Source: Macrostomum lignano (taxonomy: Eukaryota). Taken from it: 64,000 bases of DNA. The number at the start of each line of letters is the position of its first letter. Position 1 is the stretch's first letter. The stretch is taken from assembly GCA_002269645.1 (NCBI GenBank), contig NIVC01001396.1, forward strand, positions 186,001 through 250,000. The letters run 5' to 3'. The notes under the pieces were generated by a model. It saw only the letters and a program-made list of their open reading frames with translations. It ran no database searches and was not told the origin of the DNA. The position numbers and the translations under genes were made by a program. Below, piece by piece: positions 1 to 11,800 of the stretch.

Positions 1-1280
1 CCCCCTCACTAGACTACAACCCCCTCGCTAGGCTACAACCCCCTCTAGACTACAACCCCCTCGCTAGGCTACAACCCCCTCTAGGCTACAACCCCCTCAC
101 TAGACTACAACCCCCTCTAGGCTACAACCCCCTCACTAGACTACAACCCCTCTAGGCTACAACCCCCTCACTAGACTACAACCCCTCTAGGCTACAACCC
201 CCTCACTAGACTACAACCCCCTAACTAGACTACAACCCCTCTAGGCTACAACCCCCTCACTAGACTACAACCCCCTTTAGGCTACAGCCCCCCTCAATAG
301 ACTACAACCCCTTCACTAGACTACAATCCCCTCACTAGACTACAACCCCCCCTCTAGGCTACAACCCCCTCTAGGCTACAACCCCCTCGCTAGGCTACAA
401 CCCCCTTAAGGCTACAGCCCCCTCACTAGACTACAACCCCTCTAGGCTACAACCCCCTCACTAGACTACAACCCTTCTAGGCTACAACCCCCTCACTAGA
501 CTACAACCCCCTAACTAGACTACAACCCCTCTAGGCTACAACCCCCTCACTAGACTACAACCCCCTTTAGTCTACAGCCCCCCTCAATAGACTACAACCC
601 CCTCACTAGACTACAACCCCCTCACTAGACTACAACCCCCCTCTAGGCTACAACCCCCTCTAGGCTACAACCCCCTCGCTAGGCTACAACCCCCTTAAGG
701 CTACAGGCCCCTCACTAGGCTACAACCCCCTCACTAGACTACAACCCCCTCACTAGACTACAACCCCCCTCTAGGCTACAACCCCCTCTAGGCTACAACC
801 CCCTCGCTAGGCTACAACTCCCTTAAGGCTACAGCCCCCTCACTAGGCTACAACCCCCTCACTAGACTACAACCCCCTCTAGACTACAACCCCCTCGCTA
901 GGCTACAACCCCCTCACAAGACTACAACCCCCTTTAGGCTACAGCCCCCGTCACTAGGCTACAACCCCCCAACCCCCTCACTAGACTACAACTCCCTCAC
1001 TAGGCTACAACCCCCTCGTTAGACTACAATCCCCTCGCTAGGCTACAACCCCCTCTAGACTACAACCCCCTCGCTAGGCTACAACCCCCTCACTAGACTA
1101 CAACCCCCTCACTAGACTACAACCCCTCTAGGCTACAACCCCCTCACTAGACTACAACCCCCTAACTAGACTACAACCCCTCTAGGCTACAACCCCCTCA
1201 CTAGACTACAACCCCCTGACTAGACTACAACCCCTTCTAGGCTACAGCCCCCTGACTAGACTACAACCACCTTTAGGCTA
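1..1280. repeat. Minisatellite, 17-19 bp unit (CCCCCTC[AC]TAG[AG]CTACAA); runs off the window start
   Basis: Directly visible tandem units ccccctcactagactacaa / ccccctctaggctacaa. The reverse complement matches the 5' end of the SINE copy at 49121. Confidence 0.95.
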
Positions 1281-2119
1281 ATATCCCTATTTGGTAAAAA
1301 AGTTACAAAACTCTTTTGGTTTGCAAAACACGCTTGCTTATTTAATCGTGAAGGCCAAATCCAAATTATGTATTAAACTAACGCAAATCTACGACGTAAA
1401 ACGCTCCACATCAGGAGGAAGCATCCTCGTTTCCCTAAAACTCGCTTTGTTTTTGGCAAACTGAAATTCAAGAGTTAGTCTTGTAACTTTATCTGCCACT
1501 CTCAGTGTGGGTTGCTGCTAATGCATGGGGCGTAATTGCCGCCGTTTGCTTCAGCGTAATCAGCTGCTTCTCGAAACAGAGCTTTGTTATCTTTGCTTTT
1601 AGCCCAGCTCGCGGACCCCGCCTTCGCGAGGTTTTTTTTCTTTGATTTTTCATTGATTCCCATGTCTAACGAGAAAATGTTTTATCATGTTCTCTAAGCA
1701 TTCGTTTGAATTAGTATGTTGGAAAGTTAGCTTTTATTATTTTATTCTTGACATCTGCATGATTCCTACCTCGGAGCCTCACCCCCCCCCACCCCAGACT
1801 CATAAAAAGCCTTCTGTGACAAGAAATATTTTCTGGCGAACTCTGCTTTCCTTGCTTAGCATTAATTATTTCTGGGTCTCCAAAAATCTGCAGCCACTCC
1901 CTTGGGACGGCAGCCTACTCGCCTTGCATGTCCTCTCGTCAGTCTGTCAGAAACAGTGTAACTTTAGCATAAATCACACAAATCACTTCCGTATGGCTTG
2001 CTTCCATGCTGACCCCTGTTTGATTACAGAGATTGTTGATTATTCCGTATTTTTTTATATTTATCTCAACATATTGCAAAACGAACAAAACTGGTTTACC
2101 ATATGCGATGCTAAAGGCC

Positions 2120-2178
2120 CCGCAGGCACTCATTTTGGCGCCGCAGGCACTCATTTTGGCGCCGCAGGCACTCCTTTT
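2120..2178. repeat. 21-bp tandem repeat x3 (CCGCAGGCACTCATTTTGGCG)
   Basis: Three adjacent copies, the third degenerate. It explains the repetitive ORF ends GAAGTHF / MSACGAK. Confidence 0.85.
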
Positions 2179-3835
2179 AGCACTCTGAAATAAAATTATT
2201 GATTTCCACAACGGGTCACAAAGTGGGGTGGCGGTGGGGGCAGAGCATTGTCGGCATGCCCCCCATAGCTACTGGGGGGATATGTCTCCCCTGTCCCCCC
2301 GGTGGCGACGCCCCTTGCGATGCTATTAAGTATAGTTATTTTAGAAATCGATTATCCCATCTTAACTGAAAATCCCTTAGAAAATAGAGTGAAAAAGTCC
2401 CGACTTCGAAGTGTGAATCCCAGCCTCTGTCACTATCGCATGCACCCATCAATTTGTATTTTCGCGTGCACGGACAGCCTGTGGCTCCCCCGGGACTCTT
2501 AGCAGTTCCCCCACTTTACTCGATGCCTCATTCTCGCCTTGCCAGCCTTGCCTTCACACTAAAAGCCGTCTCGTCGGTTAGTTAATTGAATCTACTGCAT
2601 GCTCACGAAATGCATCTCGTTGGTTTGCATCTGCGGCAAGTACCAGCGCACTCTGCATTATTTATGCTCATTATTTAGAGTTTTTGTACGAATAAATCCA
2701 GATTAAAGTGCAAGTTGTCAGTTCAGAATGGTTCTATTTGATGGTGAGGCGATAAATTAGGGAAGTGCGAATCTGCTGCCAATTAATTGCTAACGCGATT
2801 GCTTCCGCTAAAAAGCAGCTGTTGCAGTGTTGCCGCCCACGGCCATTTAACATCTGGCTATATCTATTCAATATATCCAACCTCTAATAGATCTAGATAT
2901 CCTTCATATTCCTCTTTTCGTTGCCCGTCATCGTGGGTCGAATCTGTTTCCAGTTAGTTAAAAATAAAAAGCATGTTGTACTGTAAACTATATGCGTCAA
3001 CGTGATTGAGCTCATATTCGCGGGCCTATCTCGTCCAAGTCTCTTAATAAGGGTCTTCACTTTGAACGGTGATCTTAAACATATGCTTTCCATTTATGTA
3101 GATGTGTGCTGTAGCTTTCAATTTACTTTCGATCTGAGAAAATGTTTATAAATTGCAAGATGAATCATTTCGTGTCTAATCATTGCGTTTTTCCTGTTTT
3201 CCTGTTTTTTTCCTTGATTTTTATGCTCTGTCAGGCGTAGTGGCGTGTGTAATTATTACAAGATGAAACAGAAAAAGCAGCAAAAAGATTTCAGCCTCGG
3301 CTGAGTGGGCGATGGCTACAGGCTACTGCCCCCCTCCTCTGGATCCTCTCTGTGAGTTCCTAGGAGCCTTTTTTATTTCTAATGTTGCTGTTAACTTGTG
3401 TCAAATAAAGCTACTCTTCGTAATAGTCACTTTTCAAGACTAGCTTTCACAAGGCCCTACAGCAGACAGTAAGCTTCAGAGATTTGACAAATACTGTCTA
3501 CGGAAGTTCTGTACAGCCGCAGTGCTAAGCTGTTTTTCATTAATCATGACGTTGACGCATTTACTGCAAGCTAAAAAAGATTTGACACAGAAAAGGCTAA
3601 ACTTTCATCTTATTCAAGTTATTTTTTGACAGATTCACACTCAAAAACATAAAATAGCTATTTATTTTGTGTCGAACTACAAGTCAAGGACCGTGTTTTT
3701 AGTATTGACAATGCAATTATTAAAAACATCAGAACAGGGGTCGTCAAACACTAGGCCGCAGAGCCATTATATCCGGCCTTCGGGTCCTTTGAAAATTGAC
3801 AATAGCAATCCAGACCCCTCAAGAAGGTTTGTCTC

Positions 3836-4030
3836 TTCTCAGCTTCCTTCTCTACTATCTCCTCTCCCTTCTCTCTCTCTCCCTCTCCTAAGACCTCTTC
3901 TCTCCCTTCTCTCCTCTCTCCTCTCCTATTTCATCTCTTTTCTCTTCTCTTCTCCTTTATTCCCTTGTCTCTTTTCTACAATTTCTTTTCTGTATTCTAC
4001 TAGCGTATCTCCTCTCTCCACCCTTCTGGC
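3836..4030. repeat. CT-rich low-complexity tract
   Basis: Almost purely pyrimidine sequence. Confidence 0.8.
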
Positions 4031-6175
4031 CCCCAATTCTTAATCTGATGCTTGAGGGAAAAAAACTTTTCCGAGCCCCGCAATAGAAGTTTAAGGTGTA
4101 TAACAGTGTATTAACATTAAAACCTATTGATGTAAATAATCCAGACACTACAGAGAAATATCACATATATCTCTAGATTACATTACGATATTACAATAGG
4201 CGTCTTCAAGCTACACTAAGAACATTGATTTTGCCTATTTAAATAATAATTTGGACATGTCATGGACTATCATTTAGCTACCGAGATGTGAGCTAGAGTT
4301 TGCAAAAGCTCCAGCCTTCTCTTGCAAAAGTCTCCAGGTTGGGACTTTTTGAAAGCTTCTTACAACTGTGGACGCTGGTCTCAGTGTGTAGACGGGGTTC
4401 CTCTTCATCCAATCTAATTTCCTAATTCTACAAACTCTAGGGAGCACATCTCTCATTCCGTCCTGCCCTGAATAAAGTTCTCATCCTTATTCCACAAGTA
4501 TGCATTCGCTTTTGCAACTGATGACACTTCTACTCTCGTGGTATGCACCCTATAGTGCTGTTGCGGTAGCTGTTAAGAAATCGAAAACAAGAGCAACCAA
4601 ATACTATAATGGGATGGGAGACAGAGAATGGCAATTCTAATGCTTATCACCTGGGATCTAGCGTTTGTGGAATTTTGGACGGCCTTTATAGTTTTGGATG
4701 TCATAAAGCGTCTGTCTTTTTAGTAATTCTCATTTGGAATGTCCGAATTACTATTTAGATTGGTAAAAGCGATTACATTAGCTAGTGCTTAACTGGAATC
4801 TGCAGTGTCAAAATACATTATACAATTCAAAGGGGCAAAAATACAGAACAGTGATTACATTTAGTTACGTGCGAACAAAACTAAAAAAGTGCAAAAAACG
4901 GCAAGTATATCATCTGGCGCAAAACTCTTAACAACACAAATTTTCGGCAACAGTAACTTAAGTAATGTATAAATTTCGGCATTAGCGTAAGAAGTTGTGC
5001 TGTTCTAACTACAAAACAAAATAAATTTCACGAACAAGTAATTTTTGCTTTTTTCTGTTTTGAGTGGACAAAGCTATACAAATAAGTAAAAATATGCAAC
5101 TGCAATACTTTATCGATATCACGAGTCAAGCAAAGGTCAACAACTTGTAGATTCTTAGAGATCGCTGGCTAGACAAAAATAGATGGCAAAAAAAAAAAAG
5201 TAGCTAGAAGATAAAACATGAATTTTAGGGAGCTATTTGCACATGTATGAGTATGTTTAAATCTCAAGGGCCGTAGCATTTTATCTTATCAAATAGACTA
5301 TGCCATTTTTTATGATTATAAGCTCCCAAAAAGGCATGTTTCATCTCGTAAAATATCGAGACGACGATTTTCAGGGATAATATATTGAATATTACCGAAT
5401 CAAATTCCGGAGAAGAAAATTTTCTTAAAGATGTCTTAGCTATGCATATTTTATGAACAAAATAAAATCTGCCGTTTAAAGTACCGAGCCAATTTGGTAT
5501 TAATATTGAGACCTTCATTATAAAAGCAAGACAATAACAAAATGATTATTCGGTTCAAAATAGAATCCTATCGAGAAAAATAATGAGAACAAGTAAAATA
5601 AGTTACACGTGATTTTAATCATAAGCAGCGCATGTCTCTGGTGAGACATCATAATTGTGACTTCCAGAGATTTTTCTAAGAGAGTGCAAGTGTGTTTTTG
5701 GTCCGATTGGTTTCTAAAGTTAGTATACAGTGATTTACGAAAAGTGCAACTATATAGAATGAAAGAAAAAAAAATCATAGCTCGGTTATACTATTTCAAG
5801 CACATTTTTGAACCGCTGTTCGCTTTTTAAACCAATAATCTGTTTAATTTTTTTAATTAGTTCAGAAAGCCGCAAATACTTTCGTTAACCTTTCTGAGCG
5901 AATTCGCAGTCCAGATGGTAAGCAAACTGTTAGAGCTTTGTGCTTCGTTTTAAACAAAAGCTATTGTCGCAACATTCTGTCTTTTCTTCAGTTCATCTGC
6001 ACTCGTCTCTGTTTACTCTGTTCTCTCCTCTCTGTCCAGTTTAGCATTGTCATTCCTATCTCTCTCCCTCGCTGCCTTCTGATTGGCTCTTCAATCTCGC
6101 CTCTTACCTTGGTCGCGCTTTTCACCCCTCCTCGTCTTATCTCTTACACTCAACGCCACCCTCCCCCCTAGTTTA

Positions 6176-6347
6176 GTGGCGTACGCAGGGGGTGGGGGGG
6201 GGGGGCTAGGGGCCGCGGCCAATTGTCTGGATTGTCTGGGGGTGACTGACGGAGGTCTTGCCAGAAGCGACTAGCCAGAGATTGTTTGGTGCAGATGGAT
6301 GATATTCCCCCTGGTCTGTCGGCGCCCATCCGTAGCGTACGCCACTG
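6176..6347. mobile_element. Non-autonomous hAT-like MITE
   Basis: Terminal inverted repeats (A)GTGGCGTACGC ... GCGTACGCCACT(G), flanked by the identical 8-mer CTAGTTTA (6168-6175, 6348-6355). An 8-bp TSD and CAGTGGCG-type ends are typical of hAT elements. The left terminus is slightly eroded. Confidence 0.7.
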
Positions 6348-6512
6348 CTAGTTTATTGACATAAATATACCCATTTGGGTCTTTATTAAAATAGTTTACT
6401 TATTTTTTTCTCTCATTACATTTAATCTATTTCTCTAATGCATTTTAAAGCATACTGTGTCCTCATTTAAACGCCAACATTCAGTCGGTCTTGGCTTCGA
6501 ACTTAAACATCA

Positions 6513-7165
6513 TTATTCGATGGCCTGCACCGAGCCTCTGTTGGAGCCGAATCGCTCCTCCCGTACCAGCGAGGCCCGGGCTCGACCGCCGTCATCATCG
6601 GCATCGCCGCCGCCGCCGCGTCTTCCAGCGCCGCCGTTAGTCCAGGCCACCTGCACCACGAGCCGGAACGCCCGGGGCTTTGGCCCAGTGCCGCTGTCGC
6701 CACCCTCGCCAAAACAGCAGCAGCAGCAGCAGCACCGACATCTTCGACCGTTGAAGATTCCGTAGACAACCGGATTGATGGCGCTGGTGGACATGCCGAA
6801 GAAGAAGATGTACTCGCTCATGCGCTCAATAAGCCACTGGTACTGAGCGCCGGTGAGCTTGCCAACGCAGGTGAGTATATACAGCACCCAATAGGGCAGC
6901 CAAAGCAACACGAAGACCAAAATGATGACGGAGAACATTTGGAAGCTGCGAATTTTAGCCCGTTGTAGCAGCGACTTACGAGACGAATTAATGTAGGAGC
7001 TGGCTTCGCGGCACTCCCTGGCAGTTACTCTGTCCGAGTCCAGTGCTCTGTCAGCTCCAGCTGCCGTGCTCACTGCAGTCAGCTCGGTATTGTCTGTGCT
7101 TTCCGTAGTGGTTCGGCTTTTGCAAGATGTGGCGGCGTTCTCTGAAGAGTAGATTTTAAAACTGG
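6513..7165 (-). CDS. Class A GPCR, GnRH/AKH/corazonin receptor family, exon 3 (ICL3, TM6, TM7, C-tail)
   Basis: RAKIRSFQMFSVIILVFVLLWLPYW (TM6) and MSTSAINPVVYG (NPxxY), stop TAA at 6513-6515. The phase-1 acceptor is either tctag| (exon start 7165) or cttcag| (7141); I cannot resolve which. Confidence 0.9.
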
Positions 7166-7329
7166 CTAGACAAAATTTCAAAGGATTATCCTATTGCAAA
7201 GCCAGAATTCAAAGGTGTGCAGTTTGATAGATCCTAAAATCGGAAAATAATCGATAATGTACAAGCATATTGAAGACAATTTCATAGTGCCGTGACATTA
7301 CTTCAGTTGTTTATTCCACCTGAATTCTA

Positions 7330-7400
7330 ATGGGCAGATGTGCAACCGACAGCTCAGCCGCAGCTTGGCTGTGTACGGCTGTTCAGTCCAAGAACTTCAC
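7330..7400 (-). mobile_element. 3' fragment of the CORE-like SINE family
   Basis: Shares GAT[GA]TGCAACCGACAGCTCAGCCG with 22697-22722. Its reverse complement GGACTGAACAGCCGT...GTCGGTTGCACATCTG matches 49326-49353. Confidence 0.7.
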
Positions 7401-7846
7401 ACATCCTCGATTACCCCAGCCCTGTGGATGCCTTTAAGCATTACCTAACGGCGTATTCTGAATTTTAATGATTCATTTTCCATCCTTACGTTGACTTGGA
7501 GCTCAGCGCATCAAAATCGAATTATTTAAAGTTCAGAGAAGGTTGATTTTTCAACGGAATGCCGAAGACGCACACCGTATATTTTATACTAAGCCTATAG
7601 TTAGTACTCCTTATTCTCCAGAGGCTTAATAAGGAAGCTAATCGCTACTCACTTTTTTACGGGTGCGCCCCATCTTCGCGCTATTCTCCTCATCAATAAT
7701 TATGCCTCAGATTTTCCCTATAACTAATTGCCATCCTCCTACCTGGGTGCGACCTTGAGCATAGGTGAGGAGCAACTTACATGTATAGCTTGAATAGATG
7801 CAGATTCTGAATTCGATGCTTATTGTGGGGTGCTTTCACAAGGTCG

Positions 7847-7955
7847 AAATTTCACAACGTCGAAAAGTAAATTATTTTACAAGGTCGAAACTTCACAAGG
7901 TCGAAATTTTATAACATCGAAAACTTTAGCAAGAGACTTCATAAGGTCGAAATTT
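7847..7955. repeat. Degenerate ~16-bp repeat (AAGGTCGAAATTTCAC)
   Basis: About six copies of the GTCGAAA core. Confidence 0.7.
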
Positions 7956-8277
7956 CACTCTCTTTACTCATAGTATGAAAACATTTGCATTTGCAGAGCT
8001 CAATTATGACGCTCTAGTAGGCGCCTTACCTAGAGCCAGGGCCAGCACCAGGGGCGCATTTTTTAATTTGAAATGGTTTCATTTGCCACAAAAATGATTT
8101 AGATTAGAAAGATGTTCAAGAGAGAAGAGTGTGCACGCGGGAATTTTAAATGGAAGTGGCCGCAACCCTAGGGGGCGCCAATATTAAGCCTTGGTGGGCG
8201 CCCCCGTCTCTTAGCGGGCGCATCTGTCTCTTAGTGGGTGCCACTGGGCGCCCCTGTCTCTTGATCGGCGCCCTTAT

Positions 8278-8600
8278 CTAACAGACACACTGCTGGCTAA
8301 CAACAGACGCAAACCACTGTCTAACAGCAGACACAAGACAAAAACCACTGTTCAACAACAGACACAAACCACTGTCTAACAACAGACGCAAGACACAAAC
8401 CACTGTCCAATAACAGAAACAAGACAAACCACTGTCCAACAACAGAAACAAGACACAAACCACTGTCTAACAAGATAAGCAAGACGCAAACCACTGTCTA
8501 ACAACAGACAAAAACTACTAACAACAGACACAAGACAAAAATCACTGTCTAACAACAGACGCAAGACAGAAACCACTGTCTAACAACAGACACAAGCTGA
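8278..8600. repeat. Minisatellite arm A (AACAACAGACACAA[GACAA]ACCACTGTCT), inverted relative to arm B
   Basis: The reverse complement AGACAGTGGTTTGTGTCTGTTGTT is nearly identical to the arm B unit. Confidence 0.85.
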
Positions 8601-8806
8601 CACAGGTACCCGCTCACACAGGGTGTACAACAGCAGCCCCACTTTCTCATCAATGTAGTTAGGCATGTACACACTGTGCCTGAAAGGGGTCACCAGCCCG
8701 AGTGTGAATGGTACAACGAATATCCGGGACAATTTTAAATTTTGAACTTCAAATATGGAGCTAAATACGGATGTAAAATAGGGAGCTGCAAATAGGGGCT
8801 GCTTAC

Positions 8807-9029
8807 CGAACTGTCGCATAGTGACAATAATAGTACGAATCAGTCTCCCGTAAGCCAACGTCAGTACAAAAGTTGGCAGCAAAAATATGACGACAATGTT
8901 GAATATCATGTAGGCCAGTTGTAGGTGATGCACAATGCCTGCTACACTCTTCGGCGGGTTCATGGCGATTGATACGCACTGGTAGAAGTCGGTCTCCCAC
9001 GGACCGCGAGCCACTTGGAACTGGATTAG
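8807..9029 (-). CDS. Same GPCR, exon 2 (ECL2, TM5)
   Basis: ttgcag|CTAATC acceptor; LIQFQVARGPWETDFYQCVS...AYMIFNIVVIFLLPTFVLTLAYGRLI; donor G|gtaagc (phase 1). The F-x-QCV ECL2 motif is typical of GnRH-type receptors. Confidence 0.92.
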
Positions 9030-9054
9030 CTGCAATGAGTATCGGGTTGTAGGG

Positions 9055-9757
9055 TGGTGTCTGTTGTTGCCAGCGACTAACTTTTGTTGTTAGAAGACAG
9101 AAGCCCGTGTCTGTTGTTAGATTTAGTTTGTTTCTGTTGTTACATGTAGTTTGTGTCTGTTGTTACATGTATGGTTTGTGTCTGCTGTTAAATGTAGCTT
9201 GTGTCTTTAATTAAATGTAGTTTGTGCCTGTTGTTAAATGTAGCTTGTGTCTTTTGGTAGATGTGTCAGTTTGTGTCAGTTGTTATCAGCTGCTAACTCT
9301 AGCTGCTAGAAGACAAAAGCCCATGTCTGTTGTTAGACAGCAGTTTGTGTCTGTTTTTAGACAGCAGTTTGTGTCTGTTGTTAGACAGCAGTTGGTGTCT
9401 GTTGTTAGACAGCAGTTGGTGTCTGTTGTTAGACAGCAGTTGGTGTCTGTTGTTAGACACCAGTTTGTGTCTGTTGTTAGACACCAGTTTGTGTCTGTTG
9501 TTAGACAGCAGTTTGTGTCTGTTGTTAGACAGCAGTTTGTGTCTGTTTTTAGACACCAGTTTGTGTCTGTTGTTAGACAGCAGTTTGTGTCTGTTGTTAG
9601 ACAGAAGTTTGTGTCTGTTGTTAGACACCAGTTTGTGTCTGTTGTTAGACAGCAGTTTGTGTCTGTTGTTAGACACCAGTTTGTGTCTGTTGTTAGACAG
9701 CAGTTGGTGTCTGTTGTTAGACACCAGTTTGTGTCTGTTGTTAGACAGCAGTCTGTA
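9055..9757. repeat. Minisatellite arm B, 24-bp unit (AGACA[GC]CAGTTTGTGTCTGTTGTT)
   Basis: Homogeneous from ~9320 to 9757 and degenerate from 9055 to 9300. It is the source of the VVRQQFVS and LTTDTNCC pseudo-ORFs. Confidence 0.95.
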
Positions 9758-10433
9758 CTAGACTTTAATTTACATTTATAGTGCACGCGACTTCCCGCAT
9801 GACAGAGCTGGGAGTTTGTAGGGAGACCACAGTGGAAAAAGATGATTTTCATAAACTTTCCCAGAAACCGCTTACACATCCACACAGCCCGACCGAGTAT
9901 ACGCCAGTTCTCTCATTCAGTTTACAATTCGTTTTTTCTTAGCTCCCCAGCGTGGGGCAGGCAGTTTCTCCTAATCCTAACCGATTTTAATCTCATTGAT
10001 TGAATTCGGAACAGTTCTGAGAGGTCGAATGCGGCCCATCAAGCTTAGGCCGGGGTTTGAGCTGCAGAATATCTCCATAGTTGCCATGGTCTAAGGAAGA
10101 ATCTAAAGCCCCAACTGCAGCCTCTCTATTTCCTGTTTGCCTTGCCAGCAGTTTCATTCTCTGCTTTTACTGTACTTTAAATTTTTTAATACGTTAATGC
10201 AGTTTTTGCTTTCCAATTCCTAGACGGAGCTTGGCTATGACCTCCTCCTGATATCTTCCTCTTCCTTAATACCCCATATTTGGTCTTTGAATCTTTTAAC
10301 TCTCCTATGTGCATTTCGCTTCTCTGTCTTCTTTTCCCATTGATATCTCTCCCCCACTTCACAACCCGCTTTCTCTGCGTCTGAATGTCTTACCTGGGAC
10401 ACGTCTTGGGCGAGTTCGATTCTTGAGGGGTTT

Positions 10434-10752
10434 CATATCTCCGACACTTCATATCTCCGACACTTCACATCTCCGACACTTCATATCTCCGACACTTCAT
10501 ATCTCCGACACTTCATATCTCCGACACTTCTTATCTCCGACACTTCATATCTCCGACACTTCACATCACCGACACTTCACATCTCCGACACTTCACATCT
10601 CCGACACTTCATATCTCCGACACTTCATATCTCCGACACTCCATATCTCCGACACTTCATATCTCCGACACTTCATATCTCCGACACTTCTTATCTCCGA
10701 CACTTCATACCTGACACTTCACATCTCCGACACCTCATATCTCCGACACTTC
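10434..10752. repeat. 16-bp minisatellite (ATCTCCGACACTTCAT)
   Basis: About 20 tandem copies. Confidence 0.95.
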
Positions 10753-10929
10753 AAATTTTCGGAGATAAGAAAGCACTTCGATTCCTCCATCCCTCTACTT
10801 TTTTAATCTCTCATCAGTTTTGGCTATCAACCTTTTACTATCAAGCATTCAGTTGTGCTTGTTAAGTCCCAAATTTAATACATGAATATTCATTTTAATC
10901 TGTCATTCTCTCTTATGTCGTATTCTCAG

Positions 10930-11124
10930 AACTCGCCGGGCGAATATCTTGGCAGCTTAAACCCATCACCGAGGAAGATGTCATGACAGCACTGATGCAT
11001 ACAGAAATAAGTAATCGCTATACTACATCGGAGCCGGTTGGCTCTTCCAGAGTTTCAGGCAAGGCAGACGTGGCCCGCTCGGCTCACCCAAGCTGAAGTC
11101 GCTGACATGACGAGACTGAGATGA
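10930..11124 (+). CDS. Candidate last two exons (10930-11010, 11051-11124) of an unknown gene nested antisense in GPCR intron 1
   Basis: tcag| acceptor, weak |gtaatc donor, 40-nt intron, ttccag| acceptor. Phases are compatible and give ...LAGRISWQLKPITEEDVMTALMHTEIKFQARQTWPARLTQAEVADMTRLR*. No homology recognised and no upstream exon found. Confidence 0.3.
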
Positions 11125-11279
11125 AGGCGATTCTCTTAATCCCACAGCAGCCTGAGCCCAGCCTCAATCGGGCGCATTCTCTTGCCATCTGCGGATCTGC
11201 TTTACTCTTGTATAGCCCTCCTATTCCCTCTGCTGCAGCTGGCCTTCTATCGAGATCGATGCTGTAGCCATCCGTCATG

Positions 11280-11800
11280 TGTTTCTCTGATTCCTGTCAT
11301 GCCCATTGGTGTCTCTGATCTGTGTCATTCTAATTGTCATATTTCTGTGATCTGTGTCATTCTCATTCCCCTGTTTCTGTGATCTGTGTCATTCTCATTC
11401 TCATGTTTCTGTGATCTGTGTCATTCTCATTCTCATGTTTCTGTGATCTGTGTCATTCTCATTGTCATATTTCTGTGATGTGTGATTCTAATTGTCATAT
11501 TTCTGTGATCTGTGTCATTCTCATTCTTATGTGCCTCTTATCTGTGTCAATCTCATGTGTCTTTGATCCCTGTCAATCTCATGTGTCTCTGATCTCTGTC
11601 AATCTCATGTGTCTCTGATCTCTGTCATTCTCATGTGTCTCTGATCTCTGTCATTCTCATGTGTCTCTGATCTCTGTCAATCTCATGTGTCTCTGATCTC
11701 TGTCATTCTGATGTGTCTCTGATCCCTGTCATTCTCATGTGTCTCTGATCCCTGTCATTCTCATGTGTCTCTGATCCCTGTCATTCTCATTCTTGTGTCT
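11280..11800. repeat. ~26-bp minisatellite (TCTCTGATCTCTGTCATTCTCATGTG and variants)
   Basis: Visible tandem units that drift in sequence from left to right. Confidence 0.9.

Noticed and set aside
1-1280. Telomeric repeat array
   Set aside because: The unit is 17-19 bp and heterogeneous, not TTAGGG or TTAGG, although it is C-rich on this strand.
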